The notes below the pieces were generated by a model. The model worked only from the letters and a program-made list of their open reading frames with translations. It did not search any database and was not told the DNA's origin. From contig CAXHJY010000072.1 of the NCBI GenBank assembly GCA_964016885.1, positions 7,555 to 71,554 of the forward strand: a stretch of DNA of 64,000 bases, in the 5' to 3' direction. The DNA comes from Eledone cirrhosa (taxonomy: Eukaryota). This document shows positions 30,527-44,960 of this stretch, piece by piece (position 1 is the first letter of the stretch; every line of letters begins with the position of its first letter). Made by a program: the position numbers and the translations under genes.

Positions 30527-30988
30527 AACGATCAGGTGAAGGTGCTATAGGATTTTAGGATACAGACGGACAAGAAATTAGAACACAACAGGCCCGACCT
30601 GGTGGTTTTGGACAAGGGAAAACCGTAGTAGATGTAGCCTGCTCATTTGACACGAGAGTGTAAGAAGAGGAGAGGGAGAAAATTAACCAATGCCAGGATT
30701 TAAAGTGCGAGTTAAAAAGTATTTGGAACTGCCATTAAATCAAGGTCGTCCCGATTGTCATAGGCGCACTAGGTACTATCTCAAAGAGTTTCCAAGGATG
30801 GTTAAAGAAGTCCAGTCCCGTTTTTTGGAACACTTCAAAAAGCATGCTTGCTGGGAAAAAGCAAGAACCCTCCCATACGTCCTGAATGTCTGAGGCTGCA
30901 GGTAGCGGCTTGATATTCATTTCAACAAATTTTCCAGTTAAATAACACCAATGACTGAGACTCAAAGAACAATAATAATAATAATAAT
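30527..30988 (+). mobile_element. R4/Dong-clade non-LTR retrotransposon 3' fragment (restriction-like endonuclease), decayed
   Basis: Hand translation VKVL*DFRIQTDKKLEHNRPDLVVLDK...VDVACSFD...EKINQCQDLKCELKSIW...KVVPIVIGALGTI; (TAA)n on both sides. Confidence 0.8.
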
Positions 30989-31203
30989 GTGTAAGCATTT
31001 TGACCTGCCCCATCAAAAGAATTGTTGGGAGCATCAACCAGCTCCCGTACTTGAAAAAGATCACATCTCAATGTTGTGGAACTTCAGCATCCAAACAGAC
31101 CGAAAAATAGATGCTTGTCTCTGATCCCATCATGCATCTCGTTTGTCACATGTTAAAGAGCAGTAAAATATGTACCAAAAACAAACAAACGAACAGCAAG
31201 AAC

Positions 31204-31376
31204 TACCATATTTCCCGGCGCCGAAGATGCTTCGTCCTCGAGGACGCACCCTAATTTTGACAACCAAAAATTTGAAAAAAAATAACAAACAATCTTCGAC
31301 CTCAAGGATGCGTGGTAGATTTTTGAAACCTACTTTTTAAAAAAAGGTAGCGTCTTCGACGCCGGGAAATAGGGTA
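31204..31376. mobile_element. Tc1/mariner/pogo-type MITE
   Basis: TIRs taccatatttcccggcgccgaagatgct / agcgtcttcgacgccgggaaatagggta, with TA ends. Confidence 0.78.
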
Positions 31377-31598
31377 AGTATGCAGGGATTGAGTGTAAAT
31401 ATTTTGTTAAGAAATATTTATTTCAGTCCTTATCTAACAATATTTAACTGCACATCCCTGTATCTATCAATATAGACTATGGTTTACCTATTGAGTGCTT
31501 GGAAGAAAATATTCCTAGTAATATCGCACATTGAAATTGTAAATTTGTTCCTGGGTAGGCAATGTGAACATCTCATTAAATAGTTCTTTAGAGAGAGG

Positions 31599-31653
<55 letters not shown>

Positions 31654-31729
31654 ATAATAATAAATTTGAAGACTAAAATCCAAAGAGGGCTCGATAAGGA
31701 TATATCAAATATATAAGAACCGTAGAGCA

Positions 31730-31886
31730 AATATTTACTAAAATTACAGATTAAAGTTTAAGCAAAAAATCGGTGCTTTCACCCTTAACGGGATCTTCTG
31801 AAACTAACCTTAGTTTCATAAGATCCCGTTAAGGGTGAAAGCAGCGATTCTTTGCTTAAACTTTAATCTGTTATTTTAATAAATAT
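31730..31886. mobile_element. Fold-back element with hammerhead-like arms (F5)
   Basis: Palindrome centred at about 31808; each arm reads agttt-CAGAAGA/CATAAGA-tccc/gttaa/gggt-GAAA-gca...tgc-TT^aaact. Confidence 0.65.
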
Positions 31887-32774
31887 ATATATATATATTA
31901 GTAAAAAGGAAAAGAAAATGTTGACAAATATTTCCCAGTGAAAAATAATTTAATTAGGAATAAGTATAAATTTGTAATAAGTATTAGTTAGTATTCAGTT
32001 TTAGTTTTAAGTTTTTTCCCGTTGCGCATTTCTTAGAGAGAGAGAGAAACAGAGAGAAAGAGAGAGATAAAGTACCATTTGATATCGAAATATCCAGTTT
32101 GGTATGCAATTTCCTAAGGATTGAATCTGCACTTTATTCCTACAAAGTACACAAACATGTACGACTAGACACTTAAACGAACAAAGTAAATAATGTTTCT
32201 CACTTGATTGGCAATTGTTGGAAACATATCTTGTGACTTGGCGTGGTATTGTTTGACTATGTAGGAGGCACCATATCTATTAATTTTATTGCTTCTCTGT
32301 AATGAAATTTTTGATAGCACTATTGCATTACGTTCGTTACTTCATTTATTTATTGCATGTCAACCATTGTTTTCTTGGCAAATGCTATAAATTCTAATTG
32401 TATTCGTTTATCTAACTGGAAAAATGGTACAAGTGCGTACAAAGGAGTAGCGTGTTCGTATGTTTATGCCATTAAAACGGCAGTAATTATATTTACATAA
32501 TAGGGTAGCTTTTATTAAAATTGATCTGATGTGTGATACAACTAACCCTCTTTATATAATGCATTTCATTTACTGCAATCGGCAAGTACAAAGAAAACCC
32601 TAAAAAGCATTTCTTATTTATTTAGTTTTTGTTTATATATTGTTCTGCTCTGTTCTAATGTATGAATTAATGAGCCGAAGCAATAAGCTCTCTCGTCACT
32701 TTGTATGTATGTATGTATGTATGTATGTATGTATGTACACACACACACACATACATACATACATACATACATAC

Positions 32775-32824
<50 letters not shown>

Positions 32825-32825
<1 letters not shown>

Positions 32826-33005
32826 ATATAATTGTTTCTACTTTTGACACAAGGCCAGCAATTACCCAGTGCATTACTGGTACATTATTTTATCGACCCC
32901 GTAAGGATGAAAGGCAAAGTTAACCTCGGCGGGATTTGAACGCAGAATGGCAAGGGCCGTAACTCTATGCGTCAAAGCATGGGGTCCGACCCTCTACCGA
33001 TATAC
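32825..33005 (-). mobile_element. SINE family A
   Basis: Homology to family A. Confidence 0.85.
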
Positions 33006-33719
<714 letters not shown>

Positions 33720-33721
<2 letters not shown>

Positions 33722-33912
33722 CAAAGAAAGTGTGGTAAGGAATCAGGTGGAACATAATGCACCAGAGTACTCGATACTTAGTGTAGTAGAGTGGGTACTA
33801 TGAAAAGGTCAGGTCGCCGATGGCTGAGCTCCGGCCATTTCGACAGCTAGATCCGAACTAGATGTACCCGTCGAAATGACCGGAGCTCAGCCATCGGGGT
33901 CCTGCCTTCTTT

Positions 33913-33915
<3 letters not shown>
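33720..33915 (-). mobile_element. Fold-back family F1 copy
   Basis: gtggtaaggaatcaggtgga is the reverse complement of the F1 end; hairpin ccgatggctgagctccgg...ccggagctcagccatcgg. Confidence 0.72.
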
Positions 33916-33950
<35 letters not shown>

Positions 33951-34222
33951 CAAATGGCGTAGACATCACAATACAACTGGGGGAGACATAAACCACTGAT
34001 GATGTCACAGATGCGAGACGACAGATTTTGATAGACTATATATATATATATTTATATCTGTATTTTTAACCGTTGGTCAATCAATGATAAACGTTGATTG
34101 CCAGATAAATTAACTATGGAGATTTAAAAGAAGCGAAAACCAATTCAAATCAAACAGTGAGTGTGTTTGTTTTATTATTATTCCTGGCAGTATTGTAACA
34201 ATATGACCCTCCCCAAATATAT

Positions 34223-34263
<41 letters not shown>

Positions 34264-34529
34264 ATTTGTTGTTTTGTTAACTGGTTTTACATGGCGAAAG
34301 TTTGGGTTCTACTTTTATTAGGTTGGGAGACCATTGAGATGCTTTCTTCTCAGATATGAAACATTTGCTTTTAAATATAGTTTGTTGTTGGCAGCAAGAA
34401 CCGTATCTATAAGTTGTAAATGTGAACATTGGGTGATATGCTGAGGTATATTATATTCTGCCTTTACGTGACTCTGACTTTAAATTGCATCTTTACGGAG
34501 ACACCGCAAATGTAATACGAACCCTAAAT

Positions 34530-34745
34530 TACATAGGCGCTGAGCTGTCCAGCCGCAGGTGTGAGCCTCTCGAGATGGAATGGCTTTTCCAGCGCATCTC
34601 CCTTATCATCCTCTGGGGAAACGCCTTCTCCGCCGGGGCTGTGGGGCGGCCAGCACGTGGGACCCCATTTGCTCACCATATAGGCAGATGTGGAGGGCGA
34701 GAGAGATGGCCGCGATGACGGTGGGAGTTCGGCTCTTCCGTGTTT
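34530..34745 (+). mobile_element. CRE-clade non-LTR 3' fragment
   Basis: GAELSSRRCEPLEMEWLFQRISLIILWGNA resembles the CRE C-terminal motif (LFQRxSxxxxRGNA); three copies in the window. Confidence 0.6.
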
Positions 34746-35559
34746 GGACACATTGCACCTATCAAGAGTGTATTTTCATACTTGCGGCGAACATTGTGAA
34801 TTCCTATTGACAGTTTGAATATATCTATCACTAGAATGCCAGCAACAATTTAGCCTCCATTGTTTAGATCACTAGACGTGTAAAGCCTCAAAAAGGTCTT
34901 TAATGATCCAGTACATTTGTATAAATTTTTATTTCAAATTCTAACAATGTCGTTTTAAGCTCTCTAGTTTACACAGCCGATAAAATGTGTAACTGTGAAG
35001 TATTGACGGCAAAAAATTTGATTTTCCATATGCCTGAAACTAGTGACACTGTGCCTATGTTAAACAGCAGGTAGACACCTATCTGAAACCCCATAAGTAG
35101 GTATATAAAGGTAAAAGTAAAAGCATAACATATGCTACTAGTAATTTTAAAACAAATGTAACTCTTTGGTGAACATAATTGGAAGTGGGGTAGATAATCG
35201 TTGAGGAGTTTTAAACCTTGAATTAAGCATAGCATTGATCTAGTCATATTATTGATTTGATATATTGTGAATAACATTCACATCTCGTCAAACATAATCT
35301 ATGTTCTTGCAATTTGAAAGGAGTACTAGAAGACTTTGGAATACATAATATTTAAAAGTAATATGGAGTTGAGGTGACTGGCATGGTTTTAATCAGATTC
35401 TAGGTAACCCTAGACGTAGAGGGGTAAAGAACAACAGCAAGCAAAATGATGTCTCTGTGTTGCCGTTCCACCAGACTAAATGTGCTGGAATATCGTTCTT
35501 AAATGATACTGGATATATTTAATAAATGTACTGACACATTAGACAATGATTTTTGATTT

Positions 35560-35763
35560 CAGCATAGGCCCAACAATTGTGGGGCAGTGGAATGTCGATT
35601 AAAACGACCCTAGTGTATTACTGGTGCTTTGTATTCTCGACTCTATAAGGATGAAAAGCAAAGCTAACCTCGCTGGTATTTGAACTCAAAACGCAAAGGG
35701 CCGTAACTACATGACGCAAATCATGTTGTTCGATGTTCTACTGATACTGCAACTCTACCACCC
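35560..35763 (-). mobile_element. SINE family A, diverged
   Basis: Homology to family A. Confidence 0.72.
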
Positions 35764-35889
35764 TAATGACACATTAGACAATGTCAACAGAGATATATAC
35801 AGCAGATATATGGTCTGGACTGGAATGTGCCACTGAATTCAGGATTGACCAGTTTGCATTAAATACAATTACATTGAACATGTAATATC

Positions 35890-36099
35890 TATAAGGGTCA
35901 GTTGAAAAGTTCCTAACTGACCAAGAGACTCTCATGGAACGACCAAATGAGGTTTATTTCTTAACATAGTTCCTGAAAAAAGGAAACAAAAACAATGCAG
36001 TTATTAATAAGAAAAGTTGAAATTAATGTATGCAATATTTCACTGCTCTAGCATCTCTACTTGATAGTCATCCTATAAACCTTTCAGCCTATCCTCATA
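35890..36099. mobile_element. Mariner-like MITE, old
   Basis: Imperfect TIRs tataagggtcagttgaaaagtt / aacctttcagcctatcctcata. Confidence 0.5.
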
Positions 36100-36961
36100 T
36101 TTATCATGTGTGATAGGTATGTGATATAGTTATTCATTGCCACTTTCCCGCTACGTTTTTCCCAGAGTATTGCTTACTGCCTGCGATACTATAACAGATT
36201 GGTAAATACATCTTACAATATGTAAGTTGAATATTTCGAGCACATTCCCAGAATCAGTGGCAATAGCATACAGAAAATTATACAAGTGCAGTTTTTTGTC
36301 GATGGCCTGAGAGATACAATTTGAATAATCAAGTGCTATAATGATTGCTTGTATGTTAACAAATATTTACTGAAACTCATTATTCTGACATAAAGTGTCA
36401 AGAAGACAAATATTTATGGTACGGTATTTATCTTTGTTACTTCACATATACGTATGTAGTAGTTTTGATAAACACCGAAAATAAGATAAACACCGAATAT
36501 AAGATAAAAAATAAGATACGAATTGAATGTCCAATTTTGTTTTTCAATTAATCACTGACATAAAAAGTCAAGTTATCTGTAGATGTCAAATGTTTGCTGA
36601 AGTCTGTCAAAGAGATAGTTATTGAACGTCAGTATATTTTTAGATTTTCTAAATTAATCTGTACAACAGTGAAAGGATGATGGTAGATAATTAACTTTAA
36701 ACTACATGAGATATCAAACTTGGCCGAACTTAAGAAATAATTGAGAAGTAACAATTCATGGAAACGTGTTTCTTTCTCTCTTTTTTTCTGGGTTAGAAAA
36801 TGATTAAAACGAAATGTTTTACTTTGTGTGAAGTGTTAAGGTATTAGTTGATTTATTTATTATTCAAAATATTATAGAGAAGATTTCGGCTATTGTTATA
36901 TTTTGGAGGAGAGAGCAACTTGGCATATACATGTTAGTGTTTGAGTTGTTATTTTCTAAAA

Positions 36962-37279
36962 CAGGAGTGTGCAAAATATTACATTGGCGAGTCACTTTTG
37001 AACATTGGAACAACTATTAGGGCCATTAATATCTATTAAGCACTACTCCAAAGATTCACCACAACTTCTTTCCACGACATGGAGCTGGGAAATTATAACA
37101 CACATAACCATATCAGTGAAGCCCTTTAGTGTAGGTCAACTAACAGAAAATTGTACTACGATTACTAAAAAATTCTGAATAAGCCTACAAGGTAACAATT
37201 AAAAATGCTCGTCGCGGGCCGCTCTGACTGGTCTCGAGGGCTGGATTATGGCCCGCGGGTCGCCTGTTGCACGCCCCTG
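36962..37279. mobile_element. hAT (Charlie-like) MITE
   Basis: TIRs caggagtgtgcaa / ttgcacgcccctg; imperfect 8-bp TSD ttctaaaa/ctctaaac; subterminal ggcccgcggg. Confidence 0.7.
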
Positions 37280-38169
37280 CTCTAAACAAACAGTATTTCG
37301 TTCTGTTTCGTTCGAGGGGAAATGCTGCGTGTCAAATTATCTATATGTTCAAGCATTGTTTGTAGAGCAGTTTAAATTGCTTATTAGAATGGTACAGATA
37401 CACATACACATATACACACATACACAGAGACATACAGAGACAGATACACACATACACAAACACACACGCATACACACACAGACGCACACACACACATACA
37501 CACACCGACACACACACACACACACAGACACGCGCACACAGACAGACATACTTATATACGCACTACATATATTTAAGATTGCACATTTAAATTGGGTTTG
37601 AGTAAAATTTAAAGCATCTATATAAAATATTTTATCGATCTCTGTTGAATTTCTATAATTGCACATGCAAAGAAATACAATGTAGACACCACCGACCCAT
37701 CCTCATACCAAATAATACATACATATTGAGATAATACATCTCATAGAAAACAAGATGGTGTAAGACATAGCAATAGAGACACAAAGTAACAGCAAACGTA
37801 GACACTGAGGCGGTCACAGAATGTGTGACGAAAGAGCTTTGACAATCAAAAACAAAATAACTTGTCGGTTATTAAACTAAACGTCTGGGAAATTAAAACA
37901 ATAATATGGAATGAAAAGCTGACGGGTGCCTGTGTTTTTTTATCGGCAGCATGACCCTCGCAAAGTATAACATATGTTTCAACACATGCTTTCAGATAAA
38001 AAATCTTGCAAAACATATACAAAATTGAAACACACACACACATACACACACACACACACATACACACACACACACACACACACGTGTCAAATCTAAACAG
38101 AAATAACACAATCGGTAGAGTATATGGAAGAAATATATTAGCTTAAAGCTTGAAATAGCAGGAAGAGGG

Positions 38170-38205
38170 TCTTAACGTTTCTGACGCTAGTCCTTCTTCA
38201 GAAGA
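38170..38205 (-). ncRNA. Minimal hammerhead
   Basis: tctt-CTGAAGA-ag-gac/tagc/gtc-a-GAAA-cg-TT^aaga; palindromic stem III AACGTT. Confidence 0.55.
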
Positions 38206-38348
38206 AAGAATGAGAAATTAGAAAGATTGAATTGACGGGCAGGGTGGAATTGGAAAAAAAATGTTTTAAGAGAAAAATAACAGCGCCATTCATGTTGCTA
38301 TCTCTTGGAAAACTGTTGATGCTGGCGTTTTGTGTATATATATTTGTA

Positions 38349-38401
<53 letters not shown>

Positions 38402-38405
<4 letters not shown>

Positions 38406-39170
38406 TTAATATAGATGAGATTCTACAGGACTAGAACTGTTTCATTCATTAGAAATCATCAGGAGTCTGGGTATCGAAAAATAAAATGGTATTTATAGGT
38501 CTCTACAAGTGGTAGGAGAGGGTGGGGAGTGGGATGGGTGCAGGTCATTGGTTGATAGAAAAGGGAATTCATTAAAAGCTAATTCTACAAAGCTATAGTT
38601 TATTTTTATTTATTTATGTTTTTAGAGTAACAAGGGCAGACAGAATTCTATAAACAGGTTCCGGATGGCATGCCAATCCTTGTCATTAAGTTTCTCTTAA
38701 GCTAACAGATGTCTATAAAATCAGTGGGGGGTCAGTCATGGTCGATAATTAATTCTATCGACCATGACTGACCCCCCACTGATTTTATAGACATCTGTTA
38801 GCTTAAGAGAAACTTAATGACAAGGATTGGCATGCCATCCGGAACCTGTTTATAGAATTCTGTCTGCCCTTGTTACTCTAAAAACATAAATAAATAAAAA
38901 TAAACTATAGCTTTGTAGAATTAGCTTTTAATGAATTCCCTTTTCTATCAACCAATGACCTGCACTCATCCCACTCCCCACCCTCTCCTACCACTTGTAG
39001 AGACCTATAAATACCATTTTATTTTTCGATACCCAGACTCCTGATGATTTCTAATGAATGAAACAGTTCTAGTCCTGTAGAATCTCATCTATATCAAAAC
39101 TTTTATACCCTGCTATGTATTGAGTACCTTACTTACTGTGGTTACCTCCGATTCAACCCGGAATAACGTA
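38402..39170 (+). mobile_element. Fold-back hammerhead element F6 with 346-bp near-perfect arms
   Basis: Arms 38402-38747 / 38756-39101 with an 8-nt loop; agactc-CTGATGA(39041)-stem II-GAAA-cag...ctg-TA^gaatct. Confidence 0.85.
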
Positions 39171-39404
39171 TATATATATATATATATATATATGCATACA
39201 AATTCTCGTTTCATCTCTCGGAGAGTTACTGTGACAAAGAATCTTTTATATTATGACAGTATTCCACCTGTTCTACATAGTTCGTTTAAATTTCGACACT
39301 ACCAAATTATAGGATTCTATTACGATGATAACTCACGCCGTTGTATGAGAAGTTGTATGTAATAAGAAACGAAATTACAAACAACGTACATGAGCTTATT
39401 CCAT

Positions 39405-39443
<39 letters not shown>

Positions 39444-39487
39444 AGAACAAATTTACGAAATGGAAATGCGGGTATATAGAATTTATT

Positions 39488-39604
39488 AGGTAACAATTGT
39501 TTCTATAGTGTGTGAGTTACCTATACCTCGCTATTTGAATAATACACAAATATTATCAAAAACCGAAAGTACACTGTAAGCCAACACACCATGTCATCAG
39601 ACCT
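39488..39604 (-). ncRNA. Hammerhead with long stem II
   Basis: aggt-CTGATGA-catggtgtg...cacactata-GAAA-caattg-TT^acct; palindromic stem III. Confidence 0.62.
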
Positions 39605-40378
39605 CTGTATTAGAATGATATGAAAATATGTTATACACTAGATAAAAGATAAAGAAGGAGGTAAGAAGAGAAGGGGAAGAGGGAAGTGAGTAAGGTGGAG
39701 GGAGTCTTAGGGTTTAAGACTGTCAGACTAGTAGAGATTGTGAAGAGAGAATGTTTTGGCAGCAGTTAGCTTAATGAGGCGTGCTAAGGTTGGCTGGGAA
39801 GTAGATACTTCTAGTGGTGTTGTTCGGACAAAATTTAGTTAGAGGGGTCAAAGTGGTACAATGTCACAGACAAGTTATTAGGGCTATTATAGTAGCAGGT
39901 TATTTCTAAAGGGGTCCAGAAAAACAGTGTTTAGTACTATTATTATAGAAAGTCATATCTAGTGTATATATATATATATATATATATGAGATTATTGCAA
40001 TTATTGTTAGCATTATATTAACTCAATCCGTTTAGCCTCAGGATTCACAACTTTTAAATTTATGTCTATAAACTTAAACAGAAATCTGTAGATTTGATAA
40101 AAATGAATTATTAGTTTCATATATGAAAGTCTGGCTTTAATGTATTTCTATATATTGCGTTATGTATGATACCATTAATGATAAGATTCATCTGATCACA
40201 GTCGTAAATGAAATTTCAATTAAATTGTTTTCCAAACAACTAGGAAATATACATGGAAATATCGAGTAATTTATTTTCCTTAATATTTCGATACACAATC
40301 TAATGCTCACGTATATTATGGAAGATGCAAATAGAAGTGAAATTCTGAAAAATACATACTGGAAATATTTTGTTTGCA

Positions 40379-40772
40379 ATAATGGTTTCTTATATAGGCA
40401 CAAGGCCAGCGATTTTGGGGGAGGAGAAAGTCTATTAAATCGACCCCAGTGCGTGACTGGTACTTTATTTTATCGACCCCGTAAGGATATAAGGCAAAGT
40501 TAACCTCGGCGGGACGTGAAAGCAGTTCATAAAAGGCCCGAACTCTATACTGCAAAGCATGGCATCCGACCCTCTACCGATACTGCCAATCCACCGCCCT
40601 TAGAGTTTCTACTTTTGGCACAAGACCAGGGATTACCCCAGTGCATCACTGGTATTTTATTTTATCGACCCCGTAAGGATGAATGGCAAAGTTAACCTCC
40701 GAATGCCAAGGGCTGTAGCTCTATGCGTCAAAGCATGGCGGCCGACCCTCTGCCGATGCTGCCAATCCCCCG
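40379..40772 (-). mobile_element. Two tandem SINE family A copies
   Basis: Homology to family A. Confidence 0.83.
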
Positions 40773-40783
40773 TTCTACCGTAA

Positions 40784-41041
40784 TCTACTTATAATATATA
40801 ACCAGCAATTTCTCTGTCTGTCTGTCCGACAGTGGAAACACGTGCGCGCGTGCGAATGTTTTTTGCGCACGCGTAGAGAGAGAGAGACTACAAGAGGGGG
40901 ATAGCGGGAGGGAGAGAGGGGGGAATTGAGGAGTGCTACAGAAACATATATACATTTCTGTGTGTGTGTAATATGTAGATATATACACACACAGAAATAT
41001 ATATATATACACACAGAAATATATATATATTTCTGTGTGTG

Positions 41042-41080
<39 letters not shown>

Positions 41081-41112
41081 CACAGAAATATATATACATT
41101 TCTGCGTGTGTA

Positions 41113-41145
<33 letters not shown>

Positions 41146-41171
41146 GAAATATATATACATTTCTGTGTGTG

Positions 41172-41226
<55 letters not shown>

Positions 41227-41247
41227 GAAATATATATATATATTTCC

Positions 41248-41307
<60 letters not shown>

Positions 41308-42026
41308 CACACACAGAAATGTATATATATATACACACAGAAATATATATACATCCCTTAGCTACTGTACTGTATCTGTTGCTATCTCTCTCTCTCGCCA
41401 GCTATCCTTCTCTTTTAGTCTGTCTGTTTCTCTCACTCTCACTCTTTCTCTTTGTAACACACTAACATTCCTCCCCTCTATCGCTGTGACGAATGGGGAA
41501 ATGGAGGAGGAAGAGGAGAGAGTCACTTCGTCACTTCACCTCTGCCTTTCTTTCTCTCCCCTCTCACTCCCTCATTACGTACAGACATTAGGGCGGTGGA
41601 TTGGCAGAATCTGTAGAGAGTCGGACACCATGCTTCATAGCATGGAGTTAGGTCCCTTTACGGTCTGAGTTCAAATACCGCCGAGGTTAACTTTGCCTTT
41701 CATCCTCACGGGGTCGATAAAATAAAGTACCAGTAATGTACTGGGTAATTGCTGGCCTTGTGCCAAAAGTAGAAATAATTATTAGAAACATTGCTTCATT
41801 TTTACATATCTAAGCATTAGTAAAATAACTAATAATTTCAAAAGTAATTTTTCAATTCCAATTGTTATGAACAACAAAACATTAATAATAATTTTGTTCT
41901 AAGAAATATATATACATTTCTGTGTGTGTAATATATATATATACACACACAGAAATATATATACATTTCTGTGTCTGTAATATATATATATACACACAGA
42001 ATTATATATACATGTCTGTGTGTGTA

Positions 42027-42059
<33 letters not shown>

Positions 42060-42608
42060 GAAATATATGGGCATTTCTCTGTTTGTCTGTCTGTCTGTCT
42101 GTCCTTCCCTAAAACTCAAATGTAGGTGCTACAGAAATATTACCTTCCCCTTCCTTTCTCCACTTTGGTACTACCAAGAGAAACACTGTCGCTATAGAAA
42201 CATTACCTTCCACTCTACACTGACTTTGGTCACTGAGGCCGAGGGAATTGCTGGTTGCTATAGAGACACCTTGCACAAGCCAGAGGTAACCAGTTCGAGG
42301 CGGTTCTGACTTGACACCATGCCAAGGACCATTTGAAGATATATTTCCATCGTTATATCATAACGTTTATGTATCATAACGTTTATATTTCCGTCACTAA
42401 TCTCTTTTTCTCCTTTTTCGTTTTAACATATATTTATTTCAAAGATTTCACCGTATAGATAACATATATATTTATACATGCATAAAAGACACACCGAGAG
42501 ACGGTGAACATGTGGTGCCGAAAACATCTCTCATCCAAATCTCAACAATATCAGTATATACACTAGATTTGTTAGCAGAAAACCGCCCATCGGGTGGTTT
42601 TCTGCTAG
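40784..42608 (+). mobile_element. Helitron-like H1, long copy with internal minisatellite and nested SINE
   Basis: 5' end near-identical to about 16990-17080; ends agcagaaaaccgcccatcgggtggttttctgCTAG. Confidence 0.62.
41591..41783 (+). mobile_element. SINE family A
   Basis: ggcggtggattggcagaatc...gagttcaaat...(ATT) tail. Confidence 0.87.
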
Positions 42609-43094
42609 TCTATATATATAAAACTGAGGATGTCTGTCTGTGTGTGTGTCTGTGAGTTTGAATCCCTAAAACCCGAGAAGAACTCCCAACCGATTCTATT
42701 AGACTTCACATGTGTATTACTTATGTTTTAGGGAGTGTTATGCACATGAAAACATTCAACTTTTTGATCCCTAGGGCCCGCATTAGGTGAAAAACTTTGT
42801 TTTCAGCTTTTGGGGGCTTTTTTGAGGCGTTACGTCTAGCCGATTTCCCGAAATTTCAAGGCATATCATGCACATAAACAAATCATTTTCTTGATCCCCT
42901 GGGGCCCGCATTAGGTGAAAACCTGCATTTTTCCTGCTTAATCGAGGAAAATCTTAAAGATTATCCAGCCATCAGAGTATTCGGTTTATTTTCTTTACAT
43001 ATTGTCCAGGCATGCAGTTTTTCCACGATTAGGTCTATTGGTGGCCCGCGTTTCAAAATACCCTATACCGTGCAACGACAGGTACCACTGCTAG
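42609..43094 (+). mobile_element. Helitron-like element directly abutting H1
   Basis: TCtatatatataaaactgaggatgtctgtctg start; taccgtgcaacgacaggtaccactgCTAG end. Confidence 0.68.
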
Positions 43095-43359
43095 TAATAA
43101 TATACATTTTCTATTATTGTTTCATGCAAGAGAAACAATAATTAAATAGCAAAGTCCCATCACAAATAAGATGGAAGACAATTCAACACAACATTTATTC
43201 TGTACCGAAAATCGATCAAAATTATGCCCTCAATCACACATTTGCAATATTCCAATATGATTAAATATGCAAAATATATACACTTATAAAAGCGAGGAAT
43301 GTATGTGTGTGTACGTCTGTGGGTGTTTGTGTATGTATGTATTTGTGCATGCATGCATG

Positions 43360-43895
43360 TATGTGTGTATATAAATATGTATGTATAAATATATACATAT
43401 ATATATTTATAAATACAGATATATATCTATAAATAGATGTATATCTATAAATATATATATATAAATATATAAATACATATATATATATGCATCTATATAT
43501 AAATATATATACATATATAGATAGATAGATAGATATGCATATATAAATATATAGACATATATAGATAGATGGATATGTATATATAAATATATAGACACAT
43601 ATATATACATATATAGATATGTATATATAAATGTATATATATTTATTTACATATGCATATATGAATAAATATATAGATATAGATATGTATATATGAATAT
43701 ATATATTTAGATATAGATATGTATATATGAATATATATATATATATATATATGAATATATATAGATATAGATATGTATATATGAATATATATATGAATAT
43801 ATATAGATATAGATATGTATATATGAATATATATATATATATATATGAATATATATATATATATATATGAATATATATATATATATATATATGAA

Positions 43896-43944
<49 letters not shown>

Positions 43945-44001
43945 TCATAACTACATATCTATATCTATATATATTCATATATACACACACACACATATAT
44001 G

Positions 44002-44032
<31 letters not shown>

Positions 44033-44374
44033 GAATATATATAGATATAGGTATGTATAGATATGTATATATGAATGTATAGATATGTATATATGAATAT
44101 ATAGATATGTATATATGAATATATAGATATGTATATATGAATATATAGATATGTATATATGAATATATATATATACATATGAAAATATATGTATAGATAT
44201 GAATATATATATAGATATGAATATATATATAGATATGTATATAGAAATATATATATTCATATATACATATATATATTCATTTATAAATACATATATAAAT
44301 ATGTATGCATATATATATACTTATATATATATATATTTATATATATACTTATATCTATATATATATTTATACAT

Positions 44375-44416
<42 letters not shown>

Positions 44417-44438
44417 AGATAGATATGCATATACAAAC

Positions 44439-44471
<33 letters not shown>

Positions 44472-44683
44472 TATACAGTGTGGGGGGAGGGGAATATGAT
44501 GTATTATATGGAAATGGCAGAACTTAATAAAAATAATATTGAAGAACACATATTTGTAATTACAATGCCTAGTATCAAATTAGGAAAAACAAATTTTATA
44601 CTCAACGTTTAATATTTGTTTTCTATTACACACGTCTGCACCCACACAACATATACGAATATATCTCAACTATGTAAAGAACG

Positions 44684-44772
<89 letters not shown>

Positions 44773-44856
44773 ATATTATATGGGTATGTATAAATATCCG
44801 TATATATTTTGTATATGTATATATTTTGAATATGTATATAGATATAAATATGTACG

Positions 44857-44887
<31 letters not shown>

Positions 44888-44960
44888 ATAATATATATAT
44901 ATGTGCATGTATATCATATATAATATATATATATGTGCATGTATATCATATATAATATAT
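43360..44960. repeat. Compound (TA)n-derived microsatellites, including (CA)n at 44690-44770
   Basis: Directly visible. Confidence 0.88.
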
